DNA of 12,674 nucleotides from Oligoflexales bacterium. Lineage in GTDB: Bacteria; Bdellovibrionota_B; Oligoflexia; Oligoflexales; Bog-1112. The stretch covers positions 1 through 12,674 of the forward strand of contig JBGCDR010000312.1 of NCBI GenBank assembly GCA_045105515.1, in the 5' to 3' direction. Both the position numbers and the translations under genes were made by a program. Below the pieces are notes generated by a model. It was not told the DNA's origin. It ran no database searches and saw only the letters and a program-made list of their open reading frames with translations. Positions 1 through 7,303 of this stretch are shown in pieces; within the stretch, counting starts at the first letter, position 1, and the number at the start of each line of letters is the position of its first letter.

Positions 1-32
1 CTCTCCACTTGCTACGCTTAGTCGAGATGACG
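1..32 (-). repeat. One arm of a CGTC-tagged REP-like palindromic repeat (truncated by the window edge)
   Basis: The minus strand reads CGTCATCTCGACTAAGCGTAGCAAGTGGAGAG, resembling from memory the CGTCAT..CGA..AGCG..G.GGAGAG arm of CGTC-family extragenic repeats. The partner arm is not visible. Confidence 0.5.
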
Positions 33-190
33 TCTACGTAACATTCGGGTGACAATTGCGATCGCAATGACCGCTCTCGAAGCGACTTAATTTACTATAA
101 GAAAGTCAAAGACTTTATGTTGCTAAGGCTTCACAACCTTACCCAACTCTCCGTTTTTGACAGGTTTTTTCTTAATTCTTTTCAATGCTA

Positions 191-207
191 TTCAGTTTTC
201 AAAGATC
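191..207 (-). promoter_or_regulatory. boxA antitermination element of an rrn-type leader
   Basis: The minus strand reads GATCTTTGAAAACTGAA, the boxA form typical of rRNA leaders and spacers. A small boxB-like hairpin (222-236) precedes it. Confidence 0.8.
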
Positions 208-244
208 TTTCAGTATCTTGTGTCGTTTGTAGCGACGAAGTTGG

Positions 245-273
245 GTTATACGCACACTCCCTTGGTCTGTCAA
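245..273 (-). promoter_or_regulatory. Strong sigma70 promoter (TTGACA-N17-TATAAC), probably an rRNA operon promoter
   Basis: The minus strand reads TTGACA (273-268), a 17-nt spacer, then TATAAC (250-245). An AT-rich UP-element-like tract lies upstream (~274-320) and a boxA lies ~40 nt downstream. Confidence 0.85.
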
Positions 274-370
274 ACAATATTAGTAAATAATTTAAGAAAA
301 TTATTATATTTAATAAAAACAGGATGATGGACATATTTTCGCCGAGTTATGTAACAAATTTATTTCTATT

Positions 371-397
371 TAAGCACTGCGGCCCAACGACCGAAAA
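371..397 (+). promoter_or_regulatory. Putative sigma28 (FliA)-type promoter for the lipoprotein gene
   Basis: TAAG-N15-ACCGAAAA against the consensus TAAA-N15-GCCGATAA. Spacing is exact, it lies 36 nt upstream of the ATG, and an SD (AAGGA) is at 421-425. Confidence 0.5.
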
Positions 398-433
398 GAC
401 CTGTGGTAGTTAAGCCTTATAAGGATAAGTTCA

Positions 434-964
434 ATGAGCATTTCTAGTCGCACCAAACTGACTCTGATTTTTATTGGATTTTTGTTAGGAGCATGCGGAT
501 TACAAAAGAGCATGTATGTAGATTACACAGATGAAGCAGAGGTTGCTTCTGATACGGATGGCACAGAAACAAGTACCGACGATTCCACTGATAATGGATC
601 CACTGACGGAACTGATGGCGGAGAAGTGACTGATGGCGGAGATGGATCTACTGATGACGGATGCGCAGCAGCTTTGACTGCATTTACTACTAATATCGCG
701 CCAGCAGTTGCATCCAGCTGTGGGACAAGTAACTGCCATGGCGGAAGCTTTCCTATCGCAGGGGAAGCTCTTGTAGAAGGCGATGATGCCTCTAATAGGG
801 CAATTTTCCTAAGCTTCGACACTTCTGAGGACGGTTCAACTCTGTTTGGGAAGCTTTCAGGGTCATCCGGATCACATGGAGGAGGAGATCAATCTGGATC
901 TCTATCACAGGACGCTGTTTCTACTTGGAAGACTGCAGAACAAGGATGCACTGAAGAAGGTTAA
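434..964 (+). CDS. Lipoprotein with acidic Thr/Asp/Gly linker and putative c-type cytochrome-like domain (CX4CH)
   Basis: Signal peptide II with lipobox LLGA-C21, low-complexity TDG-rich linker (aa ~32-76), motif FTTNIAPAVASSCGTSNCHGG (C96, C101, H102), later HGGG (H148) and a terminal W-containing helix. SD AAGGA. Confidence 0.8.
   Translation: MSISSRTKLTLIFIGFLLGACGLQKSMYVDYTDEAEVASDTDGTETSTDDSTDNGSTDGTDGGEVTDGGDGSTDDGCAAALTAFTTNIAPAVASSCGTSNCHGGSFPIAGEALVEGDDASNRAIFLSFDTSEDGSTLFGKLSGSSGSHGGGDQSGSLSQDAVSTWKTAEQGCTEEG
548..661 (+). repeat. Imperfect coding tandem repeats (ACTGAT/ACTGAC units) encoding the TD(G/D/N) linker
   Basis: Repeated actgat/actgac/accgac units translate to SDTDGTETSTDDSTDNGSTDGTDGGEVTDGGDGSTDDG. 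Confidence 0.6.
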
Positions 965-971
965 ATAGGAA

Positions 972-1622
972 CTAGTCTGGAGTCTTGAAAAACTGTTTGA
1001 ATATAGCTTTCTCATCTTCAGCCGTGTATAGCCTGAAAGTATAACCCAACAGATCATCTTTCATCTTCTTCACTTCTCTCAATCTATAACTTTCTTCGAA
1101 ATTCACTAGTACAGAGGATAGACTAACCTGCAAAGCGTGGACAGAATCACAAGCATGCTCTAATTTTTGGCGAATCACATCATCATTGGAAAGAGATGAA
1201 ACCATTTTATACAAAGTGCTGGAAACCTCTTTGTCGATACTGCTGAGCGCTTCCATGTGCTTAGAAAATTTCCCGCCAAATCGGCGAAGTTGGTTATCGA
1301 GTACACTTGATTCCATCTGGCTGGCGTCCTTGTTTTCCTGAGCTTCCTTGATCAGGCCATCAACTGAATCTTGAATGAAACCAACCAAATCCTTAGTTTT
1401 TGCATCAGGATCTAAATATGTTTTTTCTAGTGCTGCATTTGCAGATTCGGCTTTTTCAGCAGTTTCTTTTGATAGATCATTTATACCAGACATGACTGTT
1501 TCAACAGATTCCTCAATCATTGCCCGCACACCAACAAGCTGGAGTTCGATAACTTCCGTATATTTTTGAAGGAAATTAACAATTTCCCTACTTGCGGCAA
1601 GACGCTCTGCTTCAGAATCCAT
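972..1622 (-). CDS. CheZ-like helical protein (paralog A), putative CheY-P phosphatase
   Basis: 216 aa, coiled-coil-like, no TM segment. LSNDDVIRQKLEH places D148-x3-Q152 as in E. coli CheZ D143/Q147. C-terminal YTAEDEK. Adjacent to cheY. SD GGGAG. Confidence 0.65.
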   Translation of the reverse strand: MDSEAERLAASREIVNFLQKYTEVIELQLVGVRAMIEESVETVMSGINDLSKETAEKAESANAALEKTYLDPDAKTKDLVGFIQDSVDGLIKEAQENKDASQMESSVLDNQLRRFGGKFSKHMEALSSIDKEVSSTLYKMVSSLSNDDVIRQKLEHACDSVHALQVSLSSVLVNFEESYRLREVKKMKDDLLGYTFRLYTAEDEKAIFKQFFKTPD

Positions 1623-1700
1623 GACTTAGCTCCCTGGTAGCTCGGCTAATTGCAAGCCTTTGTTCAGCATTAAGGGGGTGTAAATTTTGCACAATAAAGT

Positions 1701-2069
1701 TTAGCCAGCTAATTTTGTAACAGCTGCAATAAGCTGATCAGGCTCGAAGGGTTTTACCAACCAACCCTTAGCACCTGCTGCTTTTGCTCGGTTTATCAAT
1801 TCGCCACTACCTTCCGTCGTTAGCATTATGATTGGAACGCCATTAATAGCTGAATCCTTTTTTATGGTCTCAACCATTTCAAGGCCATCCATATTAGGCA
1901 TGTTGACATCGCTAATAACCATAGCTATTCCGTCTTCACTGCGGAGTTTTTCGATTCCCTGCACTCCATCTTCAGCTTCGACCACCTGGTAACCCCCTTT
2001 ACTCAGAGTGAAAGTCACTTGCTGACGAATGGTTCGCGAATCATCTACTATTAAGATTTTCTTTGCCAT
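1701..2069 (-). CDS. cheY: Single-domain response regulator, CheY type
   Basis: 122 aa receiver domain only: ILIVDD (D9/D10), phosphoacceptor D54 in ISDVNMPNMDG, T84 in IIMLTTE, and GAKGWLVKPF (W103, K106). SD GGGGTG. Confidence 0.9.
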   Translation of the reverse strand: MAKKILIVDDSRTIRQQVTFTLSKGGYQVVEAEDGVQGIEKLRSEDGIAMVISDVNMPNMDGLEMVETIKKDSAINGVPIIMLTTEGSGELINRAKAAGAKGWLVKPFEPDQLIAAVTKLAG

Positions 2070-2127
2070 TGCTACACCCCATTAAAAGTAGCAGTTAACA
2101 TTATTTCGGTTGCTAAAAGCACGCAAA

Positions 2128-2775
2128 CTACCTAAAAACTTTGGTAAATATTTTCTTTTCAACTTCCATTGTATATGATTTGAAGACTTTTGTTTCCAAG
2201 CTACTATTCATTTTTTTAATATATTCCAGTTTGAACTTATCATCAAAGTTGCTTACTAAGCCAACGAGGCCCTTGTTTAGGATTTTGATAGCACTACTTA
2301 TATGTTCTAACCTTTGACCAACAACGTCATCAGTCGATAAAGTTCCCATCATTTTCATTAGCAGGTCATGAAGGTTAGCATCGAGCTGTTTCAGGGAGCT
2401 CATGTGAGACTTAAACTTTCCGCCAGCTTCCTTCATGCCTTGGGAAATTTCTTCCGCCCCTTGTGCAATTTCTTTCTTCAACTGTAATTGCTCTTCCTTT
2501 TCTATATTTCTAGATGAAACTTCAGTGAAGGCGTCTTTTTTCTCTTCAGCATGACTGTTACCTTCTTTTATTAAAACAGCCTCAGCTTTGCTCTTGTTTA
2601 AACCGTGAGATTGATTAATTTCTTTAATACCTTCCATGAGTTCCCCAGTCGTTTTATCCATATCTTTGCGAACAGCTTCGAGCTGAAGCTCTAGCATTTG
2701 GGTATACTGGGTTAAAAATGACATCAAATCCCTTGAAGCCATTCTGCGCTCTTCTTGTTCTTTTATTTCAATCAC
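2128..2775 (-). CDS. CheZ-like helical protein (paralog B), putative CheY-P phosphatase
   Basis: 215 aa, GTG start with SD AAGGTG. LSTDDVVGQRLEH gives D150-x3-Q154. C-terminal YTMEVEK. Alignable by eye over most of its length with 972..1622. Confidence 0.65.
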   Translation of the reverse strand: MIEIKEQEERRMASRDLMSFLTQYTQMLELQLEAVRKDMDKTTGELMEGIKEINQSHGLNKSKAEAVLIKEGNSHAEEKKDAFTEVSSRNIEKEEQLQLKKEIAQGAEEISQGMKEAGGKFKSHMSSLKQLDANLHDLLMKMMGTLSTDDVVGQRLEHISSAIKILNKGLVGLVSNFDDKFKLEYIKKMNSSLETKVFKSYTMEVEKKIFTKVFR

Positions 2776-2896
2776 TTACGACACCTTTACCCTATTTTCA
2801 AATTGCTAATTTAATTAGATTTATTTAAAATAAAAGGGTTCCATTTTTATAACTAGTAAACCACACACGTTTAAATGCGACGCTTACTTAAAAAAC

Positions 2897-2923
2897 CTAT
2901 CGGGCCTCGATAGCATTTGTTTA
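2897..2923 (-). promoter_or_regulatory. Putative sigma28 (FliA)-type promoter for the cheZ-like/cheY/cheZ-like cassette
   Basis: The minus strand reads TAAA-N15-CCCGATAG: perfect -35, exact spacing and 6/8 match at -10, about 120 nt upstream of the GTG at 2775. Confidence 0.65.
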
Positions 2924-3005
2924 GTTTTACAAGTAGAATGGAATCGGCTAATAGTTATATCATAAACAGAAAGTCTCATAATCACATGGATCCAAGCTGT
3001 TTCTT

Positions 3006-3034
3006 TTGATTTAACCAACAGGTATATTTAATAT
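3006..3034 (+). promoter_or_regulatory. Possible sigma70 promoter for the SNF2 gene
   Basis: TTGATT-N17-TAATAT. The AT-rich background makes a chance match likely. Confidence 0.3.
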
Positions 3035-3078
3035 ACGTATTTGATGTGCACTTTTAACACTATTCAAAAAGCCCAGCT

Positions 3079-5943
3079 ATGATCAAAACTGCCACCCAAA
3101 AAGTTGACCTCCTTGAGTATTTTTATGAACACCTGTCGGAAGACGATTGGCTTGAAGGAGTCGATCTTTACCAAGCAGGAAAAGTAACTGGTGTGCAAGC
3201 TATGCACAATTTAATAACTTGCAAGGTTCAAAATAATAACCGACCCATATCCGAAGTTAGGCTTAAAATCCACCCTAGTGGCAAAGTAATCCAGTGGATA
3301 GAGTGCACTTGCAGAAAAAATCGCTCTTATGGTCAGTATTGCGAGCATATAGCAGCTTTAATGATTCATATCGATCGTGAAAAAGCAAATTTCATAAATA
3401 AGCTCGATGTGAAGATGCCCTTGAAACCTCCTTCAATATCGAAGTCAAAAAAAATCAAGAAGGGTATTACACCCCTTGAAGAACCCACTAAAAGAATTCC
3501 AACAAACAACAAAGAAAAGCTGAAAGGTGCTTCTCAATCTCTGCTCGACCATCTCAAAGGTTCTATTCAGAATATCTCATTGATTTCGCAAGGCCCCAGC
3601 ATCAGGGTAAAAATTGAAATAAAACCCGGTAGTATGACTAACTATGATTTAAGTGTAGACGAATCAGCAAGGTTTCTATTATCTCATCCTTCACCAAACT
3701 CAATGAGCAATGAACTGCGTGCATTAAAAATTTATAAAACTCCTGTAGAACTGGGAACGAGAATATACTTCAGCGATACCGAAAAAATTGTAGCTGAAAG
3801 ATCAGTTGTGGTTAAATCTGGAACCCTAAATAAGGGAGATAAACAGCTTAATATTAACCACTTTTCCGATCGTTATGTAAAGCTATCCTCAATTGAGACC
3901 AATGGAACAGAAAAATCTTATACTTTTATACCAGTCAAAAGTTGTAGCAAGTATATTGGTCAAGAGTTTATATTCATTCCTGGCAAAGGTTACCTTCCTG
4001 TTGATAGAAATTTAGTAAAACCAGATTGGTATGAGCTCCCTCTAAGTCGAACCTTTAAAGATGATGATGCTGCAAAATTTATCCAAAACAGTTTTAATGA
4101 CTACTATTCTGCAGCTCCTATTTGGCTCGATAAAAACTTAAAGCAACCTAAAATTCAAAATATCCCTGAACTATCTGAAATTAAGATCCATAGTGAGCAA
4201 GAAGGTTGGTTTAGGCTAGACCCTAGATATGGGCAAGGCAAGTCAAGTATTTCCATGGCTGAATTAATGTTACAAGCTAAGAAAAATAAGAGAAAATATA
4301 TAAAAGCTGGAGAAACATGGCTAAAAATTCCAGATTTCATCACCCAACATGATTGGGATCTAGATGAAGATGAGAAATTTATAAAGGTGGATACCCTAGG
4401 ACTTATGCGCCTTAAAGCTGCAATAGGAGACTTTGATAAGTTTGTTGGCAGCAAAAAAGTTTTACAAAAAATTCGCAACAGAATTGAATACAACCCTAAC
4501 ACTACTACCCCACACATAAACCACACCAATCTAAACTTGAGATCTTACCAACATGAAGGTCTGAAATGGTTTTGGTGGCTTTATCAAAATAAACTCCACG
4601 GCCTTCTAGCAGATGAAATGGGATTAGGAAAAACCCACCAGGCTATGGCAGTGATGTCAGCAATTCAAAATGAGGAGTCGGAAAGTGGGGAAAAAGTTAT
4701 ACCAAAATTTCTAGTGATTTGCCCAACAACAGTTTTAGACCACTGGGAAGATAAGGTTAACGACTTTGCTCCAAACTTGCGACCATTCAAATATCATGGA
4801 CCGAAAAGGTTAAAATTATTTGAAAACCTAAATAATCAAAAAGATACTTTGATAACGAGTTACGGTATTCTTCTTAGAGACATTAAGAAACTTTCAGAAG
4901 TTTCTTGGCATGCTATTATCTTAGATGAAGCACACTATGTGAAAAACAACAATACAGCGACATATCGTGCTGCTTGTAAATTACAAAGTAAAATCCGTCT
5001 TTGCCTAACTGGAACTCCAATGGAAAACCATTTAGGTGAACTTAAAAACCTTTTCGACTTTCTTGTACCAGGGTATTTAGGTTCTGATGACTACTTCCGA
5101 AAGCACTTCATCAATCCAATCCAAAACAAAGACTTGGAAACTGAGCTTGCCTTACAAAAATTAATATATCCATTGAAACTAAGACGTTCTAAAAAGCAAG
5201 TTCTATCTGACCTTCCAGCTAAGATTGAGGATATTAGGCATTGTACCCTTTCCAATGAGCAAGTGAAGCTGTACCGGGAGATCATCAACTTAAAGGCCAA
5301 GCCTTTGATCAATAAATTAAACGATGACAACAACCCAGTTCCATATTTGCATGTTTTTGCAATTTTACAGCTACTGAAACAAGTATGTAATCACCCAGCT
5401 TTATTAAGAGATCAATCTGACTATAAAAACCACGAAAGTGGAAAATTCGAGTTATTGAAGGAGATTGTCAGCGAGGCCTTAGACTCAGGCAATAAAATTG
5501 TTATATTTAGCCAGTATGTGAAAATGATCAAGATCATCAAGCAATACTGTGATGAAAATAAAATTGGTTGTGTTACAATGACCGGCCAAACTCGCCGAAG
5601 GGGCAAGGTTATTGAGACGTTTCAAACTGATCCTGATATTAAGATCTTTGTCGGTTCACTCTTAGCTGGTGGAATAGGTATAGACCTGACCGCAGCTTCA
5701 GTCGTGATTCATTACGACCGTTGGTGGAATGCTAGCAAAGAGAACCAAGCTACAGACCGGGTTCACAGAATTGGACAAAAAAAGTTTGTGCAGGTCATGA
5801 AAATGGTAACACGAGGTACTTTGGAAGAAAAAATATCCAAAATGATCATGAAAAAACAGACTATTTTCAACACTTTCTTGGAAAGAGACGAAGAAATCTT
5901 CAAAACCATGTCGCGACAGGACCTCATAGAACTTCTTCAATAA
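3079..5943 (+). CDS. SWIM zinc-finger / SNF2-family (SF2) DNA-dependent ATPase
   Basis: N-terminal SWIM motif CTC-x9-CEH. Helicase motifs: LRSYQ, LLADEMGLGKT (I), ICPT (Ia), ILDEAH (II), LTGTPMEN (III), IVIFSQY (IV), AGGIGIDLT (V), QATDRVHRIGQ (VI). Confidence 0.95.
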   Translation: MIKTATQKVDLLEYFYEHLSEDDWLEGVDLYQAGKVTGVQAMHNLITCKVQNNNRPISEVRLKIHPSGKVIQWIECTCRKNRSYGQYCEHIAALMIHIDREKANFINKLDVKMPLKPPSISKSKKIKKGITPLEEPTKRIPTNNKEKLKGASQSLLDHLKGSIQNISLISQGPSIRVKIEIKPGSMTNYDLSVDESARFLLSHPSPNSMSNELRALKIYKTPVELGTRIYFSDTEKIVAERSVVVKSGTLNKGDKQLNINHFSDRYVKLSSIETNGTEKSYTFIPVKSCSKYIGQEFIFIPGKGYLPVDRNLVKPDWYELPLSRTFKDDDAAKFIQNSFNDYYSAAPIWLDKNLKQPKIQNIPELSEIKIHSEQEGWFRLDPRYGQGKSSISMAELMLQAKKNKRKYIKAGETWLKIPDFITQHDWDLDEDEKFIKVDTLGLMRLKAAIGDFDKFVGSKKVLQKIRNRIEYNPNTTTPHINHTNLNLRSYQHEGLKWFWWLYQNKLHGLLADEMGLGKTHQAMAVMSAIQNEESESGEKVIPKFLVICPTTVLDHWEDKVNDFAPNLRPFKYHGPKRLKLFENLNNQKDTLITSYGILLRDIKKLSEVSWHAIILDEAHYVKNNNTATYRAACKLQSKIRLCLTGTPMENHLGELKNLFDFLVPGYLGSDDYFRKHFINPIQNKDLETELALQKLIYPLKLRRSKKQVLSDLPAKIEDIRHCTLSNEQVKLYREIINLKAKPLINKLNDDNNPVPYLHVFAILQLLKQVCNHPALLRDQSDYKNHESGKFELLKEIVSEALDSGNKIVIFSQYVKMIKIIKQYCDENKIGCVTMTGQTRRRGKVIETFQTDPDIKIFVGSLLAGGIGIDLTAASVVIHYDRWWNASKENQATDRVHRIGQKKFVQVMKMVTRGTLEEKISKMIMKKQTIFNTFLERDEEIFKTMSRQDLIELLQ

Positions 5944-5958
5944 ACATTAGGCTATACA

Positions 5959-5987
5959 TTCGACTTTAATGAGATGGAGACTAAGAT
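5959..5987 (+). promoter_or_regulatory. Possible sigma70 promoter for murA
   Basis: TTCGAC-N17-TAAGAT in the 68-nt intergenic gap, followed by SD GAGGGT at 6003-6008. Confidence 0.3.
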
Positions 5988-6011
5988 CCCACTCAAACGC
6001 AAGAGGGTATT

Positions 6012-7292
6012 ATGTGGAAATTTCACATAGAAGGAGGCCATCCCCTTAATGGCTCAGTAAGACCGGGTGGCAATAAGAACGAAGCTCTTCCAGCTCTAAT
6101 GACCTGTTTGTTAACCGATGAAGTAGTATGCTTAAAAAGAATACCGCGTATCGGTGACGTTCTCACAGTTTGTGATACTTTAGCTGACTTAGGGGTCGAA
6201 GTAGAGTGGACAAGCGAAGACTCTTTGAGCTTATGCGCAAAGAATAATAAACATTATAAGCCTGACAAAGAACTTTGTTCCCACGTAAGAGCCTCCATAT
6301 TATTCCTTGGACCTCTTCTATCTCGGTTTGGAAAAGTCGAACTTCCTTTGCCAGGAGGCGATGTAATCGGCGCCAGAAGGATAGATACTCACTTCGAGGG
6401 AATGGAGTTACTTGGGGCTAAACTAAATTTTGGAAACCCTATCACGGGTGAACTAAAAACCTTAACTGGCACCGACTTGTATCTTGATGAGCCGTCGGTA
6501 ACTGCTACAGAAAACCTCTTATTACTTAGTGTGAGATGCCAGGGAAAGACAGTGATCCATAATGCAGCATCAGAACCACATGTCTCTGGCCTATGCAGAT
6601 TGCTCAATCGCATGGGAGCTAAAGTTTCGGGAATTGGATCGAACCGCCTCGAGATCCAAGGTGTTGAAAAACTGAATGGAGCCGAACATCAGATTAGTTC
6701 TGACTTTATGGAAGTCGGCAGCTTTCTCTGCCTTGGAGCTATCGGTAGAGGTAAGATCACCATAGAGGATGTCGAAACCCACGACCTTCGGTTTATCTTA
6801 AAAACCTTAAGTCGCTTGGGCATTGAGCCATTGGTCAGTGAGTCATCCCTTCAAATTGACGGTACTAAGGAGTTACTCATGCAAAGAGACCTTAGTGGGA
6901 GAATAACAAGCATTTACAGTGGACCGTGGCCAGCATTTCCTACGGACTTAATGTCAGTAGCTATCGTTGCCGCAAGCCAAGCCCAAGGGAATATTCTTTT
7001 CCATGAAAAGATGTTTGAAGGCAGAATGTTCTTTACGGATAAACTTATGGCAATGGGAGCTGGGATTGTTTTATGCGACCCGCATCGAGCTGTTATTAGT
7101 GGTCCCAGTCGTTTAAGCGGCTCAAGGATGAGTTCACCGGATGTGAGGGCTGGAATGGCTCTACTTATGGCAGCTGCTATTGCCCATGGAACAAGCGAAA
7201 TATTGAATATCGATCAAATAGAACGCGGCTATTTTCAGATTGAAAAAAAGCTGGAAGCTTTAGGAGCTGCAATCAAGAAGGTTTCTGCTTAG
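6012..7292 (+). CDS. murA: UDP-N-acetylglucosamine 1-carboxyvinyltransferase (Asp-type active site)
   Basis: 426 aa with motifs GNKNEALP (K22, N23), RASIL.LGPLL, LPGGDVIGARRID, PSVTATEN, NAASEPHV, PWPAFPTDL, EKMFEGR, SPDVRAG and IERGY. Confidence 0.97.
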   Translation: MWKFHIEGGHPLNGSVRPGGNKNEALPALMTCLLTDEVVCLKRIPRIGDVLTVCDTLADLGVEVEWTSEDSLSLCAKNNKHYKPDKELCSHVRASILFLGPLLSRFGKVELPLPGGDVIGARRIDTHFEGMELLGAKLNFGNPITGELKTLTGTDLYLDEPSVTATENLLLLSVRCQGKTVIHNAASEPHVSGLCRLLNRMGAKVSGIGSNRLEIQGVEKLNGAEHQISSDFMEVGSFLCLGAIGRGKITIEDVETHDLRFILKTLSRLGIEPLVSESSLQIDGTKELLMQRDLSGRITSIYSGPWPAFPTDLMSVAIVAASQAQGNILFHEKMFEGRMFFTDKLMAMGAGIVLCDPHRAVISGPSRLSGSRMSSPDVRAGMALLMAAAIAHGTSEILNIDQIERGYFQIEKKLEALGAAIKKVSA

Positions 7293-7303
7293 ACTTAAAC
7301 CTT

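Larger units (their letters stand above)
1..240 (-). other. Structured 5' leader (external transcribed spacer) of a probable rRNA operon; the mature RNA gene lies beyond the left edge
   Basis: Non-coding and downstream of the promoter and boxA. Contains serial hairpins: TAAGGTT-GTGA-AGCCTTA (141-124, GNRA loop and G-U pair valid on the minus strand), AAAGTC-TTT-GACTTT (116-102), CGCT-N5-AGCG (84-72) and a 14-bp palindrome (55-68). No 16S sequence is visible in the window. Confidence 0.65.

Noticed and set aside
147..152. TTGACA on the + strand
   Set aside because: There is no acceptable -10 hexamer at 16-18 nt spacing.
500..822. Antisense ORFs 500..739 and 523..822
   Set aside because: They are shadows of the lipoprotein gene's low-complexity linker, with no motifs of their own.
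2103..2129. Internal sigma28-like -10 boxes upstream of cheY (ACCGAAAT) and of paralog A (GCCGAGCT, 1639-1646)
   Set aside because: No TAAA-like -35 at 15-nt spacing in either case.
4155..5940. Minus-strand ORFs inside the SNF2 gene (4155-4529, 5091-5333, 5421-5606, 5698-5940)
   Set aside because: Fully antisense to a well-supported CDS, with no recognisable protein features.
3079..5943. SNF2 ATPase as part of an anti-phage system (DISARM/Zorya-like)
   Set aside because: No methylase, nuclease or other defence genes are adjacent, and the context is housekeeping.
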